Shown here: positions 1 through 10,212 of the stretch, in pieces
Position numbering within the stretch: position 1 is the stretch's first letter
How the letters are laid out: the number at the start of each line of letters is the position of its first letter
DNA from: an uncultured virus (IMG/VR IMGVR_UViG_3300002835_004837)
Lineage: Duplodnaviria > Heunggongvirae > Uroviricota > Caudoviricetes
Length of the DNA stretch: 62,719 nucleotides
Reading direction: 5' to 3' (one strand)
IMG/VR virus record: IMGVR_UViG_3300002835_004837
Made by a program: the position numbers and the translations under genes
The notes under the pieces: model-generated
Database searches by the model: none
What the model was told of the DNA's origin: nothing
The model's input: only the letters and a program-made list of their open reading frames with translations

Positions 1-1991
1 GTGATAGTTGTTGCATTACCAGATATTATTAGATTGCCTGTAACTTGTAAGTCACCGGTAATTGTGCCACCAGATTTCTTAAAGTAGGTTGAATCTGAAT
101 ATATGTTTACTGAATTGGCCCAAGCATTGCTTGATGCACCAACAGTAATGGTGTAGTTGTTACCAGCAGTACCGACAGAAATGGTATAGTTATTACCTGA
201 GGTGCCGACTGTATTAGCCCAAGTATTTGATCTTGCGCCAATTGTGTTGGCCCATGCATTTGCGGCTGCACCAACTGCTACTGTATATGAGTTACCGGCT
301 GCACCAACTGCTACTGTATATGAGTTACCGGCTGTACCAACAGTATTTGACCAAGCGTTTGTTACTGCTCCTACGGATACAGTATAAGCATTACCGGCTG
401 TACCAACTGCTACTGTATATGAGTTACCTGAGGTACCAACAATGTTAGCCCAAGCATTTGAACTTGCACTGATTGTATTGGCCCAAGCATTAGCTGCCGC
501 ACCAGTTGCAATAGTATAGTTGTTGCCGGCTGCATTAACAGCAAGCATGTATGTATTACCTGACGAACCTACCGTATTAGCCCAAGCATTACTTGAAGCT
601 CCGACTGCTACTGTATAAGCATTACCTGATGCATTAACGGCAAGCATATATGTATTACCGGATGAACCTACTGTTGTGGCGACTGATAATGCATAAGCAT
701 TTGCGGCTGCTCCAACTGCTACAGTGTATGAGTTACCTGAGGCTCCAACTGCTACTGTGTAAGCATTACCGGCTGCACCAACTGCAACAGTATAAGCATT
801 ACCTGCGGCATTAACGGCAAGCATGTAAGTATTACCTGACGAACCTACTGTATTAGCCCAAGCATTTGAACTTGCACTGATTGTATTGGCCCATGCATTT
901 GATGATGCACCAACGGCTGTTGAATAAGCATTACCGGCTGTACCAACTGCTACAGTATAAGCATTACCGGCTGATCCGATTACAACTGAGTAAGCATTAC
1001 CAGCAGCACCAACAGAAATGGTATAGTTATTACCGGCGGCCCCGACTGTATTAGCCCATGTGTTTCCTGCTGTTCCAACTGCTACAGTATAAGAGTTACC
1101 TGATGATCCAACCGATGTAGCTGTTGATAAAGCATAAGCGTTACCGGCTTGTCCGACTTGTGTAGCTGTTGATAAAGCATAAGCGTTACCGGCTTGTCCG
1201 ACTTGTGTAGCTACTGATAATGCATAAGCATTGGCAGATGATCCAACTGTATTGGACCATGTATATGATCTTGCGCCGATTGTGTTAGCCCAGTTATTAC
1301 CTGCAACACCAACAGCAACAGTATATGCATTACCAGCAGCACCAACGGCATCGGTGTAATTATTACCTGCAACACCAACAGCAATCGTATAGTTATTACC
1401 GGCTGCGGCAACTGTAATGACATAAGCATTAGCACCAGCACCCGTATCTGTAATTCTATTATTTGCTAATTCAAAAAGATATCCGGAGTAAGCATTAGCG
1501 CCTATTCCTGTATCATACGCCAGAACATTTGCAGCATTCGCTTTATCGAATGCAGCATTGGCATTATCATAGGCGGCCGCCACATAGAGAACATCATTTG
1601 AAAGATTAGCACGATCAAATGCTGCTTGTGTTAAAGTAAGAGTGGTGTTAGTGCTATCAAATGCTGCCGAAGCAAGATCAATAGCAGGTGTCAGATTTGC
1701 AGAGATTGTAATTGCATCTGTGAGTGCCGAACTAGTAATCTCAATATTCTGTCCTTGATTAAAGGTAAGAATATCATTTGGGATATCTGCAATTACCAGT
1801 GTGCCGGCTGCATTGATGGTTCCGAAGTTGAAACCACCTTCACCACCAGAGATAGACTGAATGTTGCCGTTAATGTCCTTATAGTAAATAAGACCATCGG
1901 CATAGTTAATAGCAATTTCACCATTAGCTAGATCAGCCGGTGAAGATCCTGGAATAGATGATTTCTTTAGAGCAATTACTGTGTTGGTCAT
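1..1991 (-). CDS. Tail fibre-like protein with 11-aa repeat stalk (3' end runs off the window; absent from the ORF track)
   Basis: ATG at 1989-1991 overlaps the upstream TAA. Reads MTNTVIALKKSSIPGSSPADLANGEIAINYADG..., then about 40 (A/S)GN(A/S)YTVAVGA repeats, then YFKKSGGTITGDLQVTGNL as in the neighbouring fibres. Confidence 0.85.
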   Translation of the reverse strand, partial: MTNTVIALKKSSIPGSSPADLANGEIAINYADGLIYYKDINGNIQSISGGEGGFNFGTINAAGTLVIADIPNDILTFNQGQNIEITSSALTDAITISANLTPAIDLASAAFDSTNTTLTLTQAAFDRANLSNDVLYVAAAYDNANAAFDKANAANVLAYDTGIGANAYSGYLFELANNRITDTGAGANAYVITVAAAGNNYTIAVGVAGNNYTDAVGAAGNAYTVAVGVAGNNWANTIGARSYTWSNTVGSSANAYALSVATQVGQAGNAYALSTATQVGQAGNAYALSTATSVGSSGNSYTVAVGTAGNTWANTVGAAGNNYTISVGAAGNAYSVVIGSAGNAYTVAVGTAGNAYSTAVGASSNAWANTISASSNAWANTVGSSGNTYMLAVNAAGNAYTVAVGAAGNAYTVAVGASGNSYTVAVGAAANAYALSVATTVGSSGNTYMLAVNASGNAYTVAVGASSNAWANTVGSSGNTYMLAVNAAGNNYTIATGAAANAWANTISASSNAWANIVGTSGNSYTVAVGTAGNAYTVSVGAVTNAWSNTVGTAGNSYTVAVGAAGNSYTVAVGAAANAWANTIGARSNTWANTVGTSGNNYTISVGTAGNNYTITVGASSNAWANSVNIYSDSTYFKKSGGTITGDLQVTGNLIISGNATTI
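110..1500 (-). repeat. Coding 33-bp (11-aa) degenerate tandem repeats
   Basis: Recurring gcattaccggctgcaccaactgctacagtata-type units. Confidence 0.9.
1116..1212. repeat. Exact 45-bp tandem duplication (15-aa unit QVGQAGNAYALSTAT)
   Basis: tgtagctgttgataaagcataagcgttaccggcttgtccgacttg at 1116 and 1161, partial third copy at 1206. Confidence 0.9.
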
Positions 1992-2530
1992 TAAAAGTCG
2001 TCTGTCTTATCTTCCTGTTCCACAAAGGGCATTTCTATAATCTTTGTATTTATGTTCTTTTTAGACGGCTGTTTTTTGGGCTGAGGTGTTAACTTAATGA
2101 GTTGCTTATCTTTTGCTTGTAACTCATTCTTAACACTCGTTAGTTCATTGTTGGCTGTTTCTAGTTGTTGTTTCATAGATTCTACTAGAGAATTGAGTCT
2201 ATCAATATCTCTATTCTTATCAACAAACTGATTTCTTAGATCATTATATTGATTAGTCAAGGTGTCCATATGACTCACCTTGTTTTTCATGGCATTGTAT
2301 TCTTGTTCCCATTTTGTTGCATTTTCAGTTGCTTTTGAAAACTCTTGCTGATTTTTACTAGCATTTGTAAGTTCTTCTTTCAAAGTGGAAATGACCCCAT
2401 CTTTTTCGGCGATGAGGTCACTAGCCAACTTTGCTTGCGTTTTCAACTGTAGAATAGTATTGATTTGATCATGTAATGTTGAAACTGTAATATCAACATA
2501 AGTATTCATAAACTTGTTAGCATCACTCAT
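1991..2530 (-). CDS. Coiled-coil hypothetical protein
   Basis: 179-aa ORF rich in heptad-like Q/E/K/L; SD GGAG upstream. Confidence 0.7.
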   Translation of the reverse strand: MSDANKFMNTYVDITVSTLHDQINTILQLKTQAKLASDLIAEKDGVISTLKEELTNASKNQQEFSKATENATKWEQEYNAMKNKVSHMDTLTNQYNDLRNQFVDKNRDIDRLNSLVESMKQQLETANNELTSVKNELQAKDKQLIKLTPQPKKQPSKKNINTKIIEMPFVEQEDKTDDF

Positions 2531-2549
2531 AATAAAGTCTCCGTGTTAG

Positions 2550-3629
2550 TTAGAATGTTCCCCCATCTAGCATACCAAACGCTGGAACACCAAATGCATC
2601 GGCCTGTAGAACTTGTCCTTCAGTACCGGCAGAAGTAACCTGTAGAGAACCTGCATTGTTTCCGAATAGGATACCATTAGTTGTAAATAGATTCTTTCCG
2701 GTACCACCGTATGGAACAGTGATTGTGTCTGCATTCCATGTACCAGAAGTTAGAGTACCAACACCGGTGATTCCTGAGTATGTTCCCGAAACTCTTGCAG
2801 ATGCAATGATACCAGATACTAGATTTGCTGCATCAGAGAATGTCTGGAAGATTTTTGTGTTGACTGCATTGGTGTAAGCATTACCGGCTGTACCGACTGC
2901 TACAGTATAAGCATTACCAGCAGCACCAACGGCATCAGTGTAATTATTACCTGCAACACCAACGGCCTGTGCATAAGCATTGGCACTGGCTGCTACGCTG
3001 TTAACAAATGTGTTAGAAGCAATTTGGTGATATGTCGAACCATCATTAGTGAATGTCCAAACTGTCTGAGACTCGTCCCAAAGAATTGCGACATCGTTCT
3101 GATTACCACGATTAACTTCCATACCAGCATTTTCAGATGGTGAAGCACCTGCTGGAAGATCGGCATTTAGAACGAAGATGTTATCGCCAACATTCAATGT
3201 CTGAGTATTGGCATAAGTTGTAACACCTGAAATTGTTAGGTTACCAGAAACGACAACATCACCTGAAATGGTGCCGCCTGTCTTGGCATAGAATGTATCA
3301 GTTGCATATGTGTTAGCAGATGCACCAACAAATTCGGCGTAAGCATTACCTGAGGTACCAACTGTGTTAGCCCATGCATTACCAGAGGCTGCAACTGTGC
3401 CTAGCCATGCATTGGCAGCACTAGCCACCGAGTTTGCATGTTCAAAGGCAGCTATTGTGTGGTTTACCCAATAGGTACCACCGATTTCATTAACGCTTAG
3501 ACCATTTGCTGTGCCGATAAAGAGTCTATCGGAAGCGTAGGAATACGCTAGTTCTGCGGCAGAGAGCGAACCACCTGGTGGGGTGGTCGTCCCTGTTGAT
3601 CGTTTAATCTGAATTACTGTATTGCTCAT
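2550..3629 (-). CDS. Short tail fibre / virion structural protein
   Basis: N-terminal VIQIKRS...ELAYS motif, 11-aa repeats, GGTISGDVVVSGNL module, C-terminal DGGTF. Confidence 0.75.
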   Translation of the reverse strand: MSNTVIQIKRSTGTTTPPGGSLSAAELAYSYASDRLFIGTANGLSVNEIGGTYWVNHTIAAFEHANSVASAANAWLGTVAASGNAWANTVGTSGNAYAEFVGASANTYATDTFYAKTGGTISGDVVVSGNLTISGVTTYANTQTLNVGDNIFVLNADLPAGASPSENAGMEVNRGNQNDVAILWDESQTVWTFTNDGSTYHQIASNTFVNSVAASANAYAQAVGVAGNNYTDAVGAAGNAYTVAVGTAGNAYTNAVNTKIFQTFSDAANLVSGIIASARVSGTYSGITGVGTLTSGTWNADTITVPYGGTGKNLFTTNGILFGNNAGSLQVTSAGTEGQVLQADAFGVPAFGMLDGGTF

Positions 3630-3862
3630 TAGAAGGTTCCTCCGTTTACGATGGGCAATTCTCTAACTACAAATTTGTCACTCGCCTCATCATAAACAAT
3701 AGTTTCGTTGTTATTCAAGCTGGTAGCATCAACATCATTCAATTGTCTCAAATTTTCTTTAAGGTTTTGTTTACCTGACAATCCTACAGATTTAATATTT
3801 GACTGTTGCTGTATGTTGATAGAAATTCTATTCTTGGGTTGTGTTCTAACAATGATTGACAT
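3629..3862 (-). CDS. Small virion-associated protein
   Basis: L..LNDVD motif and C-terminal GGTF; coupled to the fibre gene. Confidence 0.6.
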   Translation of the reverse strand: MSIIVRTQPKNRISINIQQQSNIKSVGLSGKQNLKENLRQLNDVDATSLNNNETIVYDEASDKFVVRELPIVNGGTF

Positions 3863-3869
3863 TTTAGTC

Positions 3870-4214
3870 CTATCGAGTTATGCCATGTGTTACGAAAATC
3901 ACACCCTCTATTAGTCTCGTTGTTTCGTTTTGCGCTCTAGGGTTAACAACTTTAACATCAAAGAAATAGTTACCGGGTCTTAGATTAGCGGTATTCGCTG
4001 CCGTCATTGACAGTGATAGTTCGCCATTTGATCCATCTAATACTGAGCAAGTTAGATTGGCAGAGGCGTTTACGGACAGTAAAGAGCGTCTTAACTGACT
4101 TGTTATAACATACCCAGAAGTGTTCTGTGGCATATTCGTATTGTCATCATTTAATTCAATTACTACATTGAAATCCGCACCTCTGTCTATGTAAAGTTCT
4201 GCGTATTCTGCCAT
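3870..4214 (-). CDS. Small virion structural protein (fibre adaptor-like)
   Basis: LYIDRGADF...G.Y.FDV...R.IEG pattern typical of T4-like structural genes; ATAAATA at 4224-4230. Confidence 0.65.
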   Translation of the reverse strand: MAEYAELYIDRGADFNVVIELNDDNTNMPQNTSGYVITSQLRRSLLSVNASANLTCSVLDGSNGELSLSMTAANTANLRPGNYFFDVKVVNPRAQNETTRLIEGVIFVTHGITR

Positions 4215-4235
4215 TTACTTTCCTATTTATTCCTC

Positions 4236-7200
4236 TTATTTAGCTTTTAGCTCATCTAGCTCGGTCTTTAGTTCTTTGATTGCTTCAATTAGAAGCGGAA
4301 CAATACGATCATACTTGACTGCTTTGATTCCGTCTTCTCTAGTTGCAACAACTTCTGGAAGAACTGCTTCAATCTCTTGAGCGATAACACCAATATCATG
4401 CTTGCGAACAAAGTAATCATCTTCACCACCTTGGGCTTCAATGAAGGCGTCTGTCCAATCAAACTCAACACCATTGATCTTTTCGATCTTGGCAAGAGCA
4501 TTATCGATAGTCTTAACATTCTCCTTCAATGAAGCATCGGATGAATAGAATGCTGTAATATCGTTTGTTGCTCTAATCTGACCAGCAGTTCCAGAACCAG
4601 CGGTACCAACACCGATTGAGTTAAACTGTGAATTTTGAGTTGTGCTAGTAAATGTAACAGCCGATCCGTCAATACTAGTAATACCAGTTAGTGACTGTGC
4701 AGCCGAGGCTCTATTAAGAGCAATGGCGGTAGTACCAACATAAGTGGTTGCTCCTACAGCGGCAGCACCAATTTCGGCTAGTGACCATGAAACAGCAGCA
4801 GAACCATCCACGCTCTTTCCGGTTGAACCGATAGTGATTGTTCTGGCAGTTCCCCATGTAGCGGTAGTAATAGCAGCAGAACCGTTAAAGGCTGTACCGT
4901 TAATATTTCTTGCTGTTGTTAATGTAGCAGCCGATCCATCAATTGAAGTGATACCGGTTAGCGATTGTGCGGCTGATGCTCTATTGAGTGTGATGGCAGT
5001 AGTACCAACATAAGTAGTTGCTCCTACAGCGGCAGCACCAATTTCGGCCAATGACCAAGATACTGCGGCAGAACCATCAACAGACTTACCGGTCGATCCA
5101 ATTGTAATGGTTCTTGCAGTACCCCATGTGGCAGTAGTAATTGCTGCCGATCCATTGAATGCAGTACCGTTAATGTTTCTAGCGGTTGTTAGTGTAGCGG
5201 CTGAACCATCAATAGATGTAATACCAGTTAGTGACTGCGCTGCCGATGCTCTATTTAATACTATTGAAGTAGTACCAACATTGACAGTAGAATCGTTAGC
5301 GGCCACACCCATTTCGCTATGTGTCCAAGTATAGTTGCCTGAACCATCAACAGATTTTGCAGTATCGCCGAGGGTGATTGTTCTAGAAGTACCCCAAGTG
5401 GTAGTGGTGATATTACCCGTACCATTGAACGCTGTACCATTGATGTTTCTAGCGGTTGTCAATGATGCAGCGGAACCATCAATAGAGGTGATGCCGGTCA
5501 ATGACTGTGCTGCGGATGCTCTATTAAGTGTAATAGCGGTAGTACCAACATAAGTGGTTGCACCAACGGCTGCTGCACCAATTTCTGCTACTGTCCATGA
5601 TACAGCGGCCGATCCATCGACAGACTTACCGGTCGATCCAATGGTGATTGTTCTAGCAGTACCCCATGTTGCGGTAGTAATAGCAGCAGTACCATCAAAA
5701 TTAGTACCATTGATGGCTCTTGCTGTAGTTAGTTTAGCAGCCGAACCATCAATGGAGGTGATACCAGTTAGTGACTGCGCTGCTGAGGCTCTATTCAATA
5801 CGATTGATGTAGTACCAACATTGACAGTGGCATCATTTGCAGCAACACCCATTTCAGATAGTGTCCAAGTATAGTTTCCTGAACCATTAACTGATTTGCC
5901 AGTATCACCAATTGTAATAGTTCTAGCAGTACCCCAATTGGCAGTGGTGATATCAGCAGAACCATTAAATGCAGTTCCGTTAATATTTCTTGCTGTTGTT
6001 AGTGTGCCTGCTGAACCAGTTGTGTTCTGATTTAGTGTCGGGAAGGTACAGTTTATTAATGTACCAGAAGATGGTGTGCCTAGCGCACCACCATTTGTAA
6101 CAAACGCACCGGCTGAGCCAACTGCGGTAGCTAGTGCAGTAGCAACACCGGTACCAAGTCCAGATACACCGGTAGAGATTGGAATAGATGCTGTAATATT
6201 AGATGCTGATGTAATTCTTCCATAAGCATCTACAGTGTATGATGGTATGGTTGAAGCTCCGCCGTATGTACCGGCAGCAACACCAGATGTTGCAAGATCA
6301 ACGAATACAAGTTCATTACTTGAGGCATCAACAACATTATTGGCCCAAATTCTAGTAGTGTTATTGCTTGTAACAGCAGCAATCTTAGTATTGGCCCAGT
6401 TATTAGCAGCCGCAGCGACACCAATAACACCAATTTCAGATAGTGTCCAAGAAACATCGGCAGTGCCATTGAATGTCTTGCCAGTTGAACCAACAGTTAG
6501 GGTTCTGGCAGTTGTCAATGATCCAGCGGAACCAGTTGTGTTCTGGTTTAGAGTTGGGAAGGTACAGTTTCCTAGGTTACCACTTGATGGTGTACCGAGA
6601 GCACCACCATTGGTGACGAATGCTCCGGCAGTACCTACAGAGGTAGCTAGTGCAGTTGATACACCAGTTCCTAGTCCAGATACACCAGATGAGATTGGAA
6701 CAATCGATGTAACATTAGCTGATGATGTAATACGACCGTAAGCATCGACTGTAAATACTGGAGTAACAGTAGCACTACCATATGTGGTTGCTGTAACACC
6801 TGACTGAGCAAGGTCAATGAATACAAGTTCATTGCTTGATGCATCGGTGGTATTGTTAGCCCAAATTCTTGAGGTGCTATTACTTGTAACGGCACCAATC
6901 TTGGTATTAGCCCAGTTATTAGCACTGTTAGCCATTCTACCGGCTAGTGTATTGGCACTAACTGCGGTAAGCTGAATGCTTCCAGCGGCCCAAGCATTAG
7001 CACTCTCAACATGGGTATTGGTTGCAATACCATAGTTGCCTGTACCGTCATTAAGTGTCCATCTGTTTAAGGTTTCGTTCCATAGAACAGAGACAGCATT
7101 TGAAGTTAGACCACGATTAACTTCGATACCAGCATCTTCTGTAGGAATAACAGAACCGAACCAGTCAGCGTTTAGAACAATGATATTATCGCCAACCATT

Positions 7201-9383
7201 AGTGTTTGTGTATTGGCGTATGTTGTCTGTCCAGCGATGACAAGGTTGCCAGTTACGGTAACATCGCCACTAATTGTACCACCTGACTTGGTGTAGAAAG
7301 TTGCACCAGCATGTGAGTTAATAGAGTTAGCCCATGCATTTGATGATGCGCCAACTGATATTGCATATGCATTACCGGCTGCTCCAACTGCTACAGTGTA
7401 TGAATTACCGGCTGCGTTAACAGCAAGCATATAACTATTACCAGATGATCCAACGGTGTTGGCCCAGGTATTTGATCTTGCTCCAATTGTATTAGCCCAG
7501 CCATTAGCGGCTGCAACCATAGATTCTGAAACTTGGTTCTGATTTAGAGTTAAGTTCTGAATCTGTGCGTAAATTGCTGAATTGACGGTGTTGGCCCAAC
7601 CATTAGATGCTGCACCAATTGATACTGAGTAGTTATTACCGGCAGTGCCTACTGTATTAGCCCAGCTATTAGATGCTGCACCAACGGCTACTGTATAAGA
7701 ATTACCAGCAGCACCAACGGCTACTGTATAAGCATTTCCTGCGGCTCCAACTGCTACAGTATAAGCATTACCTGATGCATTAACGGCAAGCATATATGTA
7801 TTGCCGGATGAACCGACTGACTGAGCATAAGCATTACCTGATGTACCTACAGTGTTGGCCCATGCATTTGATCTTGCACCAATTGTGTTTGACCAAGCAT
7901 TAGCAGATGATCCGACAGCAATAGCATAATTATTACCAGCTGTTCCTACAGCAATAGCATATGCATTAGCAGATGATCCTACTGCTACAGTATAAGCATT
8001 GCCGGCAGCGCCAACAGCTATAGAGTATGCATTAGCAGATGATCCTACTGCTACTGTATAAGCATTTCCAGCGGCTCCAACGGCTACTGCATAAGAATTT
8101 CCTGCGGTTCCAACTGCTACTGTATAAGCATTACCAGCGGCTCCAACGGCTACAGAGTATGCATTTCCTGATGAGCCTACTGTATTAGACCAAGCGTTTC
8201 CTGATGCTCCGACTGCTACAGTGTAAGCATTACCTGATGTACCTACAGTATTAGCCCATGTATTGGATCTTGCACCAATTGTGTTTGACCAAGCATTACC
8301 AGCAGCGCCAACAGCTACAGTATAATTGTTTCCAGCTACGCCAACTGCTACAGTATATGAGTTACCTGATGTTCCTACTGTGTTTGACCATGCATTACTT
8401 GATGCACCAACTGTATTTGACCATGCATTAGCAGAAGCACCGACAGTGTTAGACCAAGCATTGCCAGCAGCGCCGACTGCTACCGTATAAGTATTACCAG
8501 CGACACCTACAGCGACAGTGTATGAGTTACCAGCAGCACCAACGGCTACTGTGTATGAATTTCCTGATGCTCCGACTGCTACAGTATAAGCATTACCTGA
8601 TGTGCCTACTGTATTGGCCCAAGTATTTGATCTTGCGCCAATGGTATTGGCCCATGCATTTGCGGATGCGCCGACAGTGTTAGACCAAGCATTACCAGAT
8701 GCTCCAACAAAATTAGTATAGACATTGCCTGCAACACCCACTGTATTAGACCAGGCATTGGCTGATGATCCAACAAATACTGTATAAGCATTTCCTGCAA
8801 CACCTACTGTATTAGACCATGCATTACCAGCAGCACCAACGGCTACTGTGTATGAATTTCCTGAGCTACCGACTGTATTAGCCCATGTGTTTGATCTTGC
8901 ACCAATTGTATTGGCCCAAGCATTAGCAGATGCACCGACAGTATTCGACCATGCATTACCAGCAGCACCAACGGCTACTGTATATGAATTTCCTGAGCTA
9001 CCGACAGTATTTGACCAAGCGTTACCCGAATCGGCTACTCTATCGATATAAACATTGGCAGAAGAAGCTAGATTGTTTGCCCATGCATTGGCACTAATAG
9101 CAACGCTGTTTACCTTAATCATGGTAGCGTTTGCTAGAGTGAATGTATTACCTACGACACGAATACCAGCAACATTAGATGATACTGTGTCGAGAACATT
9201 CTGAGAGGGGATAACATCAATGTAAATGATTTCGCCTACATTGATTGAGGCCGTGGTTCGAACAGATAAACTGTTAGAACGAGTTTGGGCTGTATTACCA
9301 CTGTATGCGTAAATAATCTGATTTGTTTTGATGCGCCATTGATCAAATGTGTCAGTGAACGCTACGTTTGGTAAGTTGGCCAT
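4236..9383 (-). CDS. Long tail fibre with C-terminal intramolecular chaperone (peptidase S74-like)
   Basis: N-terminal TDTFDQWRIKTN; 11-aa, 172-aa and 90-aa repeat tiers; C-terminal SDASLKENV...GVIAQEIE...LLIEAIKEL. Confidence 0.9.
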   Translation of the reverse strand: MANLPNVAFTDTFDQWRIKTNQIIYAYSGNTAQTRSNSLSVRTTASINVGEIIYIDVIPSQNVLDTVSSNVAGIRVVGNTFTLANATMIKVNSVAISANAWANNLASSANVYIDRVADSGNAWSNTVGSSGNSYTVAVGAAGNAWSNTVGASANAWANTIGARSNTWANTVGSSGNSYTVAVGAAGNAWSNTVGVAGNAYTVFVGSSANAWSNTVGVAGNVYTNFVGASGNAWSNTVGASANAWANTIGARSNTWANTVGTSGNAYTVAVGASGNSYTVAVGAAGNSYTVAVGVAGNTYTVAVGAAGNAWSNTVGASANAWSNTVGASSNAWSNTVGTSGNSYTVAVGVAGNNYTVAVGAAGNAWSNTIGARSNTWANTVGTSGNAYTVAVGASGNAWSNTVGSSGNAYSVAVGAAGNAYTVAVGTAGNSYAVAVGAAGNAYTVAVGSSANAYSIAVGAAGNAYTVAVGSSANAYAIAVGTAGNNYAIAVGSSANAWSNTIGARSNAWANTVGTSGNAYAQSVGSSGNTYMLAVNASGNAYTVAVGAAGNAYTVAVGAAGNSYTVAVGAASNSWANTVGTAGNNYSVSIGAASNGWANTVNSAIYAQIQNLTLNQNQVSESMVAAANGWANTIGARSNTWANTVGSSGNSYMLAVNAAGNSYTVAVGAAGNAYAISVGASSNAWANSINSHAGATFYTKSGGTISGDVTVTGNLVIAGQTTYANTQTLMVGDNIIVLNADWFGSVIPTEDAGIEVNRGLTSNAVSVLWNETLNRWTLNDGTGNYGIATNTHVESANAWAAGSIQLTAVSANTLAGRMANSANNWANTKIGAVTSNSTSRIWANNTTDASSNELVFIDLAQSGVTATTYGSATVTPVFTVDAYGRITSSANVTSIVPISSGVSGLGTGVSTALATSVGTAGAFVTNGGALGTPSSGNLGNCTFPTLNQNTTGSAGSLTTARTLTVGSTGKTFNGTADVSWTLSEIGVIGVAAAANNWANTKIAAVTSNNTTRIWANNVVDASSNELVFVDLATSGVAAGTYGGASTIPSYTVDAYGRITSASNITASIPISTGVSGLGTGVATALATAVGSAGAFVTNGGALGTPSSGTLINCTFPTLNQNTTGSAGTLTTARNINGTAFNGSADITTANWGTARTITIGDTGKSVNGSGNYTWTLSEMGVAANDATVNVGTTSIVLNRASAAQSLTGITSIDGSAAKLTTARAINGTNFDGTAAITTATWGTARTITIGSTGKSVDGSAAVSWTVAEIGAAAVGATTYVGTTAITLNRASAAQSLTGITSIDGSAASLTTARNINGTAFNGTGNITTTTWGTSRTITLGDTAKSVDGSGNYTWTHSEMGVAANDSTVNVGTTSIVLNRASAAQSLTGITSIDGSAATLTTARNINGTAFNGSAAITTATWGTARTITIGSTGKSVDGSAAVSWSLAEIGAAAVGATTYVGTTAITLNRASAAQSLTGITSIDGSAATLTTARNINGTAFNGSAAITTATWGTARTITIGSTGKSVDGSAAVSWSLAEIGAAAVGATTYVGTTAIALNRASAAQSLTGITSIDGSAVTFTSTTQNSQFNSIGVGTAGSGTAGQIRATNDITAFYSSDASLKENVKTIDNALAKIEKINGVEFDWTDAFIEAQGGEDDYFVRKHDIGVIAQEIEAVLPEVVATREDGIKAVKYDRIVPLLIEAIKELKTELDELKAK
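4660..6015 (-). repeat. Five tandem 270-bp (90-aa) coding repeats
   Basis: GSAATLTTARNINGTAFNG...QSLTGITSID recurs near 4660, 4930, 5200, 5470 and 5740. Confidence 0.9.
6015..6925 (-). repeat. Coding duplication with 516-bp (172-aa) period
   Basis: ANNWANTKI...DASSNELVF...TFPTLNQNTTGSAG occurs twice (cccagttatt at 6395 and 6911). Confidence 0.85.
7330..9090 (-). repeat. Coding 11-aa degenerate repeats
   Basis: About 50 GNAYTVAVGAA/ANAWSNTVGAS units in the translation. Confidence 0.9.
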
Positions 9384-9590
9384 TTACTTTACGAGTCCCT
9401 TTAGTAATTCTTTAATTTCGTTTATGTCTTCTTTTACCGTCTTCATATCTTGCTGTAAAGTATCTACAGCCATCATTCTTTGCTTGTTTCGCTTGTATGC
9501 ATTTAAAGCATCGGTATCTCTATTTATAAGTATTCCTTCAGAGACTTTATAGAGACCCGGAACTTCTGTTTTCTGTTCTTTATTTGTCAT
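9384..9590 (-). CDS. Small conserved T4-like hypothetical protein
   Basis: 68 aa, ILIN.D...Y...and coiled-coil C-terminus; typical neighbour of DUF4815 genes. Confidence 0.6.
   Translation of the reverse strand: MTNKEQKTEVPGLYKVSEGILINRDTDALNAYKRNKQRMMAVDTLQQDMKTVKEDINEIKELLKGLVK
9521..9528 (-). promoter_or_regulatory. T4-type late promoter TATAAATA upstream of the long fibre gene
   Basis: tatttata on the + strand. Confidence 0.65.
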
Positions 9591-10212
9591 TGTCTATGCA
9601 CCCGTGAAATTCTGCAACTTTGCTAAGTAGCTTCGCCCATTCTTCATCAACACCTTCGATGTTGGTTATCTGGCTAGGTGGTATAGCATACTCACCGAGA
9701 GTGATATGATGGTCGGTAATTACTATGTCAACATCAAAACCTAGAATAGCAACTGCTCGTCTAGTAACAATGTTGTTAGAGTTGATCTTAATGTTACCTG
9801 ATAAATCAGCATCGCCACAAACAATTGCTGAACCATATACTTGCGAATGGTTTCTCACCTTTGCATCTTCATAAACTTCGGCATCGCCGTAAATCATTGC
9901 ATTGTTACAAACTACTGCATTTCCATATACTTTAGAGTTACCTGATACTCTTGCACTGTTTGTAATAGTGGCATCGCCATATACTCTCGCCTTATCATAT
10001 ACTCTTGCATTACCGGAAACAACAGCATTTCCATACACTCTTGCATCTTCGCCAATGAAACAATCTTCATCAACTTTGGCAGTGTTAGCAACCCATCCTT
10101 TTCCTTTTGGGTGTCGATGGGCTGCTACTAATCCGTTGCCATCTTTGAAATCAAATAGTGTTTCATCAATATCAATTTCAATCACTTCAACTTCACTCAT
10201 ATTATTCTCCAA
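9580..10212 (-). CDS. Hexapeptide-repeat (left-handed beta-helix) protein
   Basis: Repeated ARVYGN/AVVSGN/AKVYGD hexapeptides. Confidence 0.8.
   Translation of the reverse strand: MENNMSEVEVIEIDIDETLFDFKDGNGLVAAHRHPKGKGWVANTAKVDEDCFIGEDARVYGNAVVSGNARVYDKARVYGDATITNSARVSGNSKVYGNAVVCNNAMIYGDAEVYEDAKVRNHSQVYGSAIVCGDADLSGNIKINSNNIVTRRAVAILGFDVDIVITDHHITLGEYAIPPSQITNIEGVDEEWAKLLSKVAEFHGCIDNDK

Noticed and set aside
110..9090. CRISPR array or diversity-generating retroelement repeats
   Set aside because: The repeats are in-frame and vary mainly at silent positions; there are no unique spacers, no adenine-specific pattern and no reverse transcriptase in the window
110..9090. Type I antifreeze-like protein (11-aa Thr/Ala periodicity)
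   Set aside because: High Gly and aromatic content and the fibre context fit a hendecad coiled-coil stalk better; there is no independent support for ice binding
202..9552. Plus-strand ORFs over the fibre genes (e.g. 202-387, 4744-5013, 6235-6741)
   Set aside because: Antisense shadows of repetitive, codon-biased genes, with no RBS
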